In this document: positions 12,163 to 22,634 of the stretch, piece after piece | Numbering within the stretch: the stretch's first letter is position 1 | Layout: every line of letters begins with the position of its first letter | From: Jimgerdemannia flammicorona | Lineage: Eukaryota | Direction: 5' to 3' | Assembly (NCBI GenBank): GCA_003990765.1 | Contig: RBNJ01000343.1 | Location: 1-32,514 of the forward strand | DNA length: 32,514 nucleotides | The notes under the pieces: generated by a model | What the model was told of the DNA's origin: nothing | Seen by the model: only the letters and a program-made list of their open reading frames with translations | Database searches by the model: none | Translations under genes and position numbers: made by a program

Positions 12163-14509
12163 TCCTCTCAAGCCCTATGTATATACATAACAATCTGGAG
12201 ACCTACTGAAATGACCTGGAGACACTCTGATGCAACAGGAGAAGTGATTTTATTGATAATCTATATAATATAAATTTATATATTCTGATCACTCTGATTA
12301 GTGACATCTCTTATTGATGATGTAATATATATTCTCATGTATATCAAGCTGTATCTCAATAATACTTTTAGAGATTGGTCACTATCTTGTAATTTGCTGA
12401 TATTATTCTACTATCTCTGTTGTCTATTTAGTAAGATAGTTGGGTCTATCTTCTATTATTATAGTATGTTGATCACAATTTGGAGTTGACTCTTCTATGA
12501 TATTACTGAGATAAGTAAGCTTATAGACTAGTAGTCTTGATAGAATAACTATTAGATCTGCTGTAATTTTTGGGTAGGCTTAATATTCTTAGTGGTAGTT
12601 CTATAATAGTACTGAGACCACTAATGTCAGGTTCAGATATCTCTTTAATTATTCTCTTAGGTCTAAATTATGTGACAGAGACCTTGCTAAGTCTAGCAGC
12701 TTATAGTTCTTATTATTGAATTATTCTCACTTATATATAGAGAATTCAATAATAGAAGTGAGATTTCTTTTAATAGTATTATATCTCTTATAGTTTAGAA
12801 AGATCTTAGCTTTATAGTAGCAATTATTAGAGAAGAGATTCAGAAAATTTTTACTTATAATCTCAATAGATTCTTATATATATTTTTCATAAAAGTATCT
12901 GCTAACTAGTTTGTTAAATTTCTCCTTAAGTTCAGTAATATAGAAAACTTCTTTGTTGAGTACAAAAAGATATTGAATATTTTTTTAAATAGTTTTATTG
13001 TTGAGTTTGTCAAACTTCTCTTAACTAGTATGAGTTTTAGTCTACTTAGTGCTAATTCTGTTAAATTCTTCAACTTGAGTCTGGGGAGTGTCTAAGGTAA
13101 AGATACTTCTTAACTACTACTAACAATGTTAGCAATATTGACTAGTTCTGATTATCTATAGTAGATTTTTGAAAAAAAATTGCTCATAGATAGAGAGTAA
13201 CTTCTGCTACTACTAAATTATAATAAAACTATATACTAATAAAATTAATATATTATAAATAATTAATAATGATTATCAAATCTAAGTTTTGAGTTCTTAA
13301 GAAAATACTAAGTTCTAATTATCTATTGTAGCAGAGTCTAGATATCACTTTTAGGTTCTTATATTAATAAAAGTACCATACTTGTGTTCTAAGTTAATCT
13401 GACTCAAAATTATTAACAAATTAGATCTGAGAGTTCTATAATAAGAATACTACTTTATTCTTATATTTAGAGAAAGTGAAGCTGAGGTTACAACATACTC
13501 AGTATAGAGAGTATTTATATATATATATATTTGAGACTATAACTAAATATAGTTTGCTAGATATATCTATATGTATTTATACTATTTTGGGTAGCTATGA
13601 CTGCTAGTTAAAATTTCTGTTAAAATTTTTATCAGAATTTTCAGTAGTTTATAGATATATAATAATTCATTATACTATAAGTCTATATATCAATACTAAT
13701 ATATTGATATATATAATCAATAGTATATTGATTTTATTTATATATCTACTAAGTAGTAAATCTACTACTTAGTCTATCTCTTCTATAAAAAGATAAGTAC
13801 TTATTAACTTTATAGTATCCAGACTATTATTAGCTACTAGACTTTAGCTATTAATGATATCTGCTTCTCTAAACTCTCTATGATCTCTTATCTTATTTAA
13901 AGAGTAGACAAATGTATATCTTCTCCCCTTTACCTAAGAATAAGATTTAATAGTAAGATATCTCTACTTTTATTCAATAATTAGACTCTTTGGACTTCTT
14001 TAATTTTATTAAACAGTGGGTTCTATAAGATAAGAAGATATATATTCTTCTTATACTCTATATATCATAATATATAGTAAACAACTTTATCTGCTATCAA
14101 GTAGTTGTTGGCTTCTGAAGTAACTAATATATATAACTGATTTGCTAAGATAATTCTTACCTTGGATATAACTAAAGAATATATGCTAGACACCTTGTTT
14201 AATACTTTATATATCATCCTGGCTCTTTCAAAAGATAAGAACATATGCTCTATATACTGAATTTTCTACTAAATATATAAAATGAAACTCCTCTACCTAC
14301 TGATTGACAGTAACTATACAGTGACTTCCAAAACTGGTCCAATGTTTCATTATTTTTTACTTTTTATTATTTTAAAAATATAAAAAAAAAATAGATAAAA
14401 ATATGAAACTAGAGTATATTGTAGCCCTATATCAGAAGTTTCTATAGATACTAATTTTATTATATTTATTATTGAGATTGCTATTGAAAATAATTTTTAA
14501 AAAAGTCTG
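12163..14509. other. AT-rich, CpG-free, TpA-rich hypermutated block (RIP-like relic of a repeat or transposon)
   Basis: I found no CG dinucleotide between 12161-12162 and 14510-14511. TA and CT/AG are abundant and CA/TG relatively scarce by eye, while the flanks have normal CpG content. Confidence 0.85.
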
Positions 14510-14617
14510 CGTATTGGACCAGTTTTGGAACGACCATCTCGATAAACATATTTTTGTGTCACAGACCAGAAATTTTGCATGATTATTCTCTTAACCCCTC
14601 TCCACACGCTCATATTT

Positions 14618-14655
<38 letters not shown>

Positions 14656-15010
14656 TCTATCTCTTTTTTTATTTTTAAAAAAAAGAATGAGAAAATTCTC
14701 GTTGGACACTCAAAAAAACGGCATCGCTCTGCTAAACTCGGGCATAGCGACGCGTCAAATCGCCGAACAGACTGGTGTTCGTATTAAAAAGGAGCATTGC
14801 TCTACTATGTCACCGAAAGGAGGTCGTCCAAAAATACTCTCGGATCGTGACAAATCATGGATTGTTCGCCAGGTGACTGGCGGTAAAGCTGATACAGTCC
14901 CCGAGGTTGCAAAACTACTCCAAGAAGACGGCCAAGCAAAAGCCAGTACCCAAACGGTGCGTCGTGCCCTGCAAGACGTCAAAAATCAACTCAAACCACA
15001 GACATTCTAA
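14319..15010 (+). mobile_element. Truncated Tc1/mariner (Tc1-like) DNA transposon: left terminus plus N-terminal transposase fragment
   Basis: TA at 14317-14318 is followed by CAGTG..., a typical Tc1 terminus. The 18-bp core TTCCAAAACTGGTCCAAT (14326-14343) recurs inverted at 14513-14530. A transposase DNA-binding region follows. No DDE domain or right terminus was found. Confidence 0.8.
14687..15010 (+). pseudogene. Tc1-type transposase N-terminal paired HTH domains (fragment)
   Basis: MRKFSLDTQKNGIALLNSGIATRQIAEQTGV..., the linker GGRPKILSDRDKSWIVRQV and a second HTH TVPEVAKLLQEDGQAKASTQTVRRAL. The ORF stops before the catalytic domain, and the first HTH recognition helix appears partly deleted. 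Confidence 0.85.
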
Positions 15011-15821
15011 TAGTCCTTGTCGATTGCTTTAAATTAATATTAGGATGAACTCTCTCGATACATAGATACTATTAAGACATTGCCAAACCGATTTTTTTTC
15101 ACAAAGATATCTCTGCTTCCAAACACATGTATAGTAAATACGAAAATAACCGAGATGACGAAATGAAGTTATAGGAATGAAAGGAGGATATGATTCAGCA
15201 GCCGTTGAAACGGTTTGTGATGTGGCAGTTTAAATTCCAATAAAAAAAAAATTCTCGTCTCCCAAAATATGTGAGCCCCGCAACCATGCATGTTTCCGTA
15301 CAATCGAGACTGATTTAAATAAAAAAACAATTGCACACTCCTTGCAGCCAGCACGGCAAGGCAGGCACCAAGTTCGACCATTCGCGCAGACATGGTTATA
15401 TCATAGTAAGTTGCATCTTTCCATATGGCGTCCTTGAGACTAAAACCACTGCCAGATTGTATTGTGTTTTGATTGCGCTTTGGTTTGCGTTGTGTGTTAA
15501 CAGGCAGCGCAGTGGCATGTGACCTTTTGTACAAATGACGACTGCTGGTGGATCGCTAAATAGCCAGAGCGCCAAACGAGGGGTGCAAAATTGCCGTTAT
15601 AAGATTTTCGTTGCTTTATTAAATTGCAATCTCAACTAAGCAATTATCGTGTGAAACGATTTACATCCCCCTTCTGAAACTATTTATACGCCATTTATAC
15701 TATGTAGCTCTGTGATACCCATATTTTCACAAATCCATACACTAATAGTATTTCTCGAAAACATCGAAAAGACAGGAAAAAATTGGAATGCGTGACAATC
15801 TCGGGTGCAGGAATGTTACGT

Positions 15822-15911
15822 AAGGGCGGACGTGATCATAAGGACAACTGAAAATTGACACCATTGCAATGGGCGGCGGAGAAAGGCCATGTCAAGGTGG
15901 TGAAGATATTT
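15822..15911 (+). pseudogene. Isolated ankyrin-repeat relic
   Basis: KG...HKDN*KLTPLQWAAEKGHVKVVKIF matches the ankyrin consensus TPLHxAAxxGHxxVVKLL, with an in-frame stop and no continuing repeats. Confidence 0.75.
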
Positions 15912-16325
15912 AGCAGGTCTTCAAGTTTGCAAGTGTCGGTCGTAGCTGGTGGATGTTGGTTTGGCCCTGGTGCGAGGAGAAAAGAGGCAATAAATGTTCC
16001 GAGGAGGTTAATTTCTTCCTCGATGGTGTGTATGGTTTGTCGCTGTGTTATCCATCTTCGAGAAGATAGTTGAGACATTGTTGGGATAGGAAGTGGTTGA
16101 AACTCTATCCCGGGAACGTTTTTTTCCGCACCCAAATAACAAAGACGAGATTCTAAGGGGTACTCACAAAGCGACTGTTTTGCAGCAGGATGTATGGAGT
16201 GGCTGTGGAGTAGTGCTCTGCATGGTTCGGGTGGCATCTCATTTAGCATTAACCTGAACTTAATCTGTAATAGTTAGAAAATCGAGGTTAGGTTAGGTTA
16301 CTCACCCGGAAGAAGATTCAACTTG

Positions 16326-16399
16326 GAAGACTAATGAAGACCCCAACACGAAGACCCCAACCCAGAGGACTAACGAAGACCCCCACCCAGCGCACGAAG
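16326..16399. repeat. Degenerate short tandem repeat built on GAAGACCCCAAC / GACTAAYGAAGAC
   Basis: gaagactaatgaagaccccaacacgaagaccccaacccagaggactaacgaagacccccacccag seen directly. Confidence 0.7.
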
Positions 16400-17167
16400 T
16401 CATTTTGGAACCATGGCTGGAAACTTGGCAGTACGAATCTCGGTGAAGGTCAGAATATCGTCGGGTACCCACGGCTGACCGGAATGCGTTCAAAGCAAGA
16501 AGCCCTCGGCAGACAATCTCAGTGGGGGTGGGGGATTTCGTCCCTGCAGTAGGTCATTTCAGTATCAGAGCGTATGTTGCGAGTGCGGGAACGAAGATGC
16601 ATGACTGTTATCATTTCACACTTGCTGTTAGCATATTCACGTAATTATTTTGTAGCCGATCGGTTTCGCCCTTACTCAAGGGGCTCGTCAGTTGGCTTCT
16701 AGAGTTGCCACTACCGATATGGCATTTTCATATCGGCCAAATATATCTTTCTTTCAAACAAACGATTACAAGTGCAAAGCAATAATATGAGTACTTAGCT
16801 TTTGCATAGACATGCAGTCCTGGTGGCTACGTTTGCAGATGTGAATAAAAATACGAGAAAATGAGCTTCAGTGTTAATTGCCAACTGTTGATACGACCGA
16901 CGGATATTTACCTAAATCACATGTTAGCTGCAGCGGGACGCATCGAGAATTGGGCGAATAGTATATCGATAAGTAATGTGTATAGACCAACGGCTGCCCG
17001 ATGGCAACCGCCAAAAAGCCACACCAATTGTGGGTAACGGAGGGTAAAGCCCGACCGCCCAGAATACAAGTAAGGACGGAAAAAGGTTGAGAATGTGGAG
17101 ATCGTTCTTACGAACGACTGTTGCTAGCTAACGACGGGGAAAGAAGGGCGAAGACCGCAAGGTTACA

Positions 17168-17523
17168 CTCCTCATTGGGAGGCCACACAAACAGGGGAAA
17201 TCCCCAAACCGGTCAAGCTCCCAAGCCTTCGATAGGGGTCATGGGGCTGGAGTACCTACCACCCACCTGATCCACGACTTGTCCCCCCCTGCTGGGGGTT
17301 AAGGCAAACTGCTTTCCCAGGAGTGGGACAGCTGCCTGCCGTGGGGTGAATGGGAATGCCGTGCATCCGACGAACCAGGCTATGCACCAAGCTTGGTATC
17401 TCCCCCAAGCCATAGCTCTGCCCACCCCGCCTCTGTCCCTCCCACGCCATAGGAGGTTAGGTGCACGGCAGACTGCACGCACACGCTACCAAGTGGTAGT
17501 GGGACGCGTAGCCTGGTAAAAAA
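17168..17523. other. GC-rich, hairpin-dense non-coding island ending in a short A-run (possible retroelement UTR/SINE or structured RNA)
   Basis: Many local stems (GGGGA/TCCCC, CCCCC/GGGGG, AGGCA/TGCCT enclosing TCCCA/TGGGA, GCTTGG/CCAAGC, CCTCC/GGAGG, GTGCA/TGCAC, CTACCA/TGGTAG) plus two long-range helices. No convincing ORF. Confidence 0.45.
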
Positions 17524-19034
17524 TAAGGGGGAGTAGGAGTGGAAAGGAATAGTAAAAGATTTTCGCGTTTGGTGGCGGTTTTTTTTTTTTTTATTGCTGG
17601 CTGACTCAATGACGTCATCGTCATTGCTGTCGCCATTTGAAATTGGACCAACCTCGACCACCGCATGAATTTTGTCACTAGCCAATATTTAATTCCGCGA
17701 GAAACGCACTAACCAAGTCCCCTCTTGAAAGCTCTGATTGTCGATCTTTTTATTTTTTATTTTTTTATTTTTTATTTTTTTTCTCAATATGTAATTATTA
17801 GTGAATTTAGGGGGCTGCAATGCTATTTAATTAGACCGATTTTAAAATTATCGTGTGTATATAATAAAATGTCTTGGGAGAGGACCACCCGAATCAGTAC
17901 AAAAAGTTGTACAGGTACGGATGGGCCTCGAACCGCACAATGAGTCATCTGCTAGATAAACTCATGGCCGAGCACTTGACGCTAATAAGGTGATGGGGAT
18001 GGTTGTATGGGTGAGGCAGAGATGGCGAAAGAGTAGCAATACGACTTGACCAACCAACTATCGTTATGTTAACCCCCGGATTATTTACCTGTCCATCGGA
18101 TCGTCGATGGCGCTGTAAAAATGGCGGGTATTCCTTTGACGGGATATGGGGCGGATCTTTGCCAAATAAAAATCTGCTGACGAAAAAGGTTATTCGTATA
18201 TATATATTATATAGAATATATGTCACTGATTATTTTGTGGCTTGTTATACCTTTGCTCTACATTCAAACAAAAGTATATACCAGATAAACCTATCGACCT
18301 GTCCAGCCCATACTACTGAGGACATCAACAACCCCCATCATTCCTGCAAACTGCATCACAGAGCTCGTCCACCTACTTTCCTTGACGCTACCATATTCAG
18401 CGTGACCATAGTCTCCGCAAACTCCAGCAACGCCATGCAATCTTCCCATACTCTCAAGATGGCCCTCGACGCCCCTGCCGCAGCAACTTGACATACTATA
18501 GCCCTCCCTGTCCCTATCGTCGCTCACATAACAGAACTCAGGCGAAGAACTCAGGCGAATTTCGACGGTATGCGAAATTCATCCTTCGCCATGTTTCTGT
18601 TCGTGTGGTGGTCGACCGTCTGTGGAATACCAGGGTGAAGGCTGTCAAGGAGCAGAAGAAGGTTGAAGAGGAGGTAATACAAAAGGTGGTGGAAGGTGTG
18701 GACGTTTGTCTTTCGGTTTTATGAATGTTTATATTTTTTGTATCAAGTCTATCATAAGCGCAATATGTACTTACCAATGCATCAATCCTCTCAACTCCAC
18801 CCCATCATTGTTTTGTGAAAATAAGGTCAATCAAGTGCGTCTGTTAACTGTCAGATCGACGAAACACTATATGTAGTGACGAAGGGAACGTAGGTGTTGA
18901 GATGGATTCAGGAGGTTATTAGGATTTGGGGGTGTGTTGGCTGGGTTAATATATGTCGCAAGAGAGAAATTATAATGGCACTATTCACTATTTCTTGATG
19001 GGCGGGAGGCCCCACTGCATGCGGTGGATGACGA

Positions 19035-19838
19035 ACACCCTTTTCGTCGGAGAGGATGAATATGACGCTCCAGTCAACAACAGTATGTTCATAGATGAAT
19101 GATATGAGGCAAAATTCAAGAAAGTCGCCCAGGTTGAGGATTTCTTCAAAACATGTTTCTTTGCTGTACTCAAGATGGGATGCGGAGGTTAAGGCATTAA
19201 TAGAATAAGCATCAGCAAGTATTTTCTTATGGGTGTTACCCCTGCATTTTGCGGTGGGTCCAGCCCAATTCGAACAGTAGATATAGTCTCAGATTTTTCA
19301 AATTTACACGGTGTGGTTACACGGAGAGCGAGGTCAGAGTCGTAGTGCAGCACTACCTTCACAAGGATGAACAAGAGACAGATTTGATTGTCGATGTTAT
19401 GCGGAAGTTGAACAATGGATATTATTTTTCCAGCTCCTGGGACGACAAACCAGACCCGCCACCTCTTCTCTATAACCCCCACCTAGTCTTCCACTACATC
19501 TCCGAGTTACGGGAACATGGAGTCGTCCGCAAATCAAACGAGTCCACTTCAGTTTATTCCACGCAAATCCTCAAAGCTGTCTCTGACATTGGGGCGTTCT
19601 CGGTAGACGATCTTGTCAACCTATTGTACGGATCTATTAAATCGGAAGTCATGTATGAATTTGACTACACCGATCTTCTCGATGTTGGGAAAGACAAGCG
19701 CCTCACTTATTCTCTCTTTCTTCACTTGGGAGTCCTGACTCGTATATAGTCCTACCGGAAATCTGCGGATCTCGAACGAAATCGCAAAAAGACAGGTATG
19801 TCTGTTTTCTATGCAGTCCATATCCTATCAACACAAAG

Positions 19839-19883
<45 letters not shown>

Positions 19884-20624
19884 TCGACTTTTTCCAGGGT
19901 TTAGAACGAATTGCAGGCCGATGAATCCCTACGTCAACTGATACATCCGGCATTTGATGATATCATAAGTGGCAATATAAAAAATTTCAAGAATCTTCTG
20001 GAGGTCGTCTTAAAAAAAGGGCGCCGAGGTCACTGCGGGCGACGAACGAGTTCGTACTCCAAGGCATCATCGAGGTACTTCTAGAAAACCGAGTAGTCGC
20101 GTGCCTAAGCTTCGTCTCGTGGTTGACGGAGGCAAGAAATATAGACATGGCAGCTACGGTTTCGTTGGCATGTTCATTCTTCCGATAGATTCTTCAATTG
20201 CGCGAACTCTTGGAGTTGTTGGTGAACACAAGGATATCACTTTGACAGGTCTGTGGAGGGGAGAAGCAGGAAATGGGATCAGCGCCCCATCTACTCAGAG
20301 TTGGAAAATCTGGGAAAGCAGCTTATTGAAGGGAATGAGAACAGTCTTCTGGCCAGAAATACATACATTGGTCAAAGGAACTTGGTGGACCGGTACCAAC
20401 GACAGTAGGTGATATCATGGAAGGTGCAGTGCAACAGCTAAAAATATATATGGAGACGATTTCAAAGGGTGAGCCAAAGGAATCTCATGATTGGACAAAC
20501 GGATTGAGAACAGGATAACCTGATGGGATATGTCATTTTGTTGATTGGTGGCCAACGCATCCTGGTGCACACTACGGAAATAATGCCGACCTCAAATGAG
20601 TATCGAGGGGTGTTGCAGTTTTGA
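19035..20624 (+). pseudogene. AAA-ATPase-like (PF09820-type) + PD-(D/E)xK nuclease gene, 5'-truncated copy A
   Basis: Walker B region TLFVGEDEYDAPVNN, YFLMGVTPAF, CGYTESEV, NGYYF, LYNPHLV, GNLRISNE. Intron 19796-19897. Nuclease-like C-terminus NEFVLQGIIEVLL...RVPKLRLVVDG...YGFVGMFILP...GEHKDITLTGLW...AVQQLKIY...LMGYVILLIGGQRILV. Multiple stops and frameshifts. Confidence 0.8.
19841..19881. repeat. (AAT)13 microsatellite inside the intron of copy A
   Basis: Seen directly. The equivalent position in copy B (about 24530-24550) is a short interrupted AAT/AGT/GAT run. Confidence 0.95.
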
Positions 20625-22634
20625 AGGTATTGTGATTTCCATCCTGTATTCGGGTATTTGCTTGCGAAACTTGAATTTTAATATGTTGCTGTTATTCATC
20701 TCACAGTTACAATTCGCGATGTGATCACTGGTCTTCATGTGTCATTTATCTGACATCAGAGACGTTCAATATTGAATACAATGTGCTATGAGAGAGGAGT
20801 TTGCAAATATAGCTATATATCTATCTATATTGAAAAATAAATTTCAAAAGTATATGGCAGAACAAGTTGAGATTATAATTAGTAAGAAAATAAAACTGGG
20901 AAGGAAGATGGCAAGGCTCTCCGTCTGAGGATCAAGATGCCACCTATGTTGCCACATTGGCGAATACGCTCGCCTCGCAAAGAACACCTGGTCATGCCAC
21001 TTTGAAGAAATCACCTGTCTTGAGGAAATCAGCCCTGCAGGAAGCAATGGGGTATCCGGCAACGATGATGCAACCCAACATGATAACAAGGAACCTGAAC
21101 GGGCATCGCCCTGAAAAGGCAAAGCCGCACGCTTGCTTGGCCCCCCTCGGAAAGCAACGATGACCTAAAAATACGTCCATAATAGGCCTGAGTAATACAA
21201 GGCAGATCGGTTGTGGAGCTCGCTATCTCTGAATCTTCTGTCATCCAGTAATTATGGTGGGCTGCAGAGGCGTTGCTCGGTCCGTGTTTGATGCGAGCCT
21301 TTGGCATTTTAATCGACTGGCAAGAGAATGGATGCCGATAACAACAACCTTACCGGTCTTGACTTCTGTCTCCTTCAAATATTTTGGCGACCTCGAAAGA
21401 GATGCGTGCCTTGTTGATTGTCATCAATCGTTCAATGGACACTGGCCTTTTGGTCAGCTTCCACTGACATCGTTTACTCGGATTGAATGCTACTGTCTGT
21501 AGGTGCTTTATGATATAAATACATATATATATTACTATTTTATTATTTAAACCAACTACAAAATGGAAGAAAAGAAAAAAAGGGAAAAAAAGGAGACTTA
21601 AATAGAATACTGGCTCGATCAATCACCCGATCTCTCCAATACCAATACTTTTCCCATAAGAACTGTCCGGGCATACGTGAATGAATAGAAACCGAACGAT
21701 CGCGTGGATGAAAAATCGGCTGGCGACGGGTATTTTTTTGTGCGGTTTCTTATATACATATGAGCCGTTTTTCAGACCGTAATTTCTTGCTATGGCATAT
21801 GAGGAATTGTACCACGTACGCGTGCTTGGGTTACTGGGAATCCAGGCCCTGATCTGGTTTAAAAATGTGAATCGATGGATTTTTAATTCCAAGGACCTCG
21901 CGGTCAATTAGTTCGAAATTTTGTGGAGTATAATTATATACTGAAAATTATTAGTTTATATGAAATAATTCCAGTGCAATGTTTCTTAATAACACATGGT
22001 AGGTTTTATAAAACCTGGTTCTGGCATTGTTTCTAAATTAACTTTAAAAGTATAATTACTGATCAGCGATTTCGGATGTGGTTGGCATATCCTTACCTCA
22101 ATGTTGTGGATCCGAACAAATATAAATAAAACAAACTCCGATGCTAAAGCTCCTCGATCATTATCAGACGTCCAACTCGCGTTCCCAGGTCAGAAAAAAG
22201 CAGGCATCAACAACCGCTACAAATAACGATGCGACCAAAAACACGAACGCTCAGAGGCCAAACGTGGCTGGACTATAGACCCGGATTTTTTAACCATGTT
22301 AATAAGAGAGCGAAATAAAGATATCAAGGTCACGGGTCGGAACATGAGGTCACATGGAACATTGAATTTTTTTCTTCCACTCAAGCCACTCAAGCCATTC
22401 CATCCATGATGACCAGCTCTTACCTTTGTCTCCGTATCAGAACGAACTCAGCTGTGAGTACTTAAACTGACAGCTTTACATGTACTTTCTCGCGCGATTT
22501 ATTCTGCGCATGCCCATTCCGTCCAGACAATTTTCCGAACTCAAGCGAACTCAAGCGCCAATCCTGTAATCCGTCAATCCCGTCTAATCTCCGGACTTTC
22601 CCAAAAGAACGCGACTAGTACCGGTACCGTCAAG

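Larger units (their letters stand above)
19035..21672 (+). repeat. Segmental duplication copy A (direct repeat of 23804-25813)
   Basis: Colinear alignable blocks from ACACCCTTTTCGTCGGA to AAGAACTGTYCGGGC, including the shared intron and downstream non-coding DNA, diverged by many substitutions and indels. Confidence 0.9.

Noticed and set aside
12163..14509. Mitochondrial or Mollicutes-endobacterial insertion as the cause of the AT richness
   Set aside because: Stops are mostly TAA/TAG rather than TGA-as-Trp, no organellar or bacterial genes were recognised, and total CpG loss with TpA excess fits C-to-T hypermutation better. Not formally excluded.
16285..16300. GGTTAGGTTAGGTTA as an interstitial telomere
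   Set aside because: Only three 5-nt units adjacent to a minus-strand GTGAGT donor-like site, too short to be meaningful.
16326..16399. CRISPR-like array
   Set aside because: Eukaryotic context, repeats are short and irregular, and there are no unique spacers or cas genes.
17168..17523. Assignment as HDV-like or hammerhead ribozyme, SRP RNA, RNase P RNA or group I intron
   Set aside because: Partial resemblances only (GTCCC...GGGAC, CCACG loops). The required P1/P1.1/J4-2, CUGANGA...GAAA, SRP helix 8 or P7 consensus could not be fitted.
18290..18724. Coding-like stretch with a 13-bp tandem duplication (AGAACTCAGGCGA x2)
   Set aside because: No recognisable domain or consistent frame, and it could not be linked to CRN copy A.
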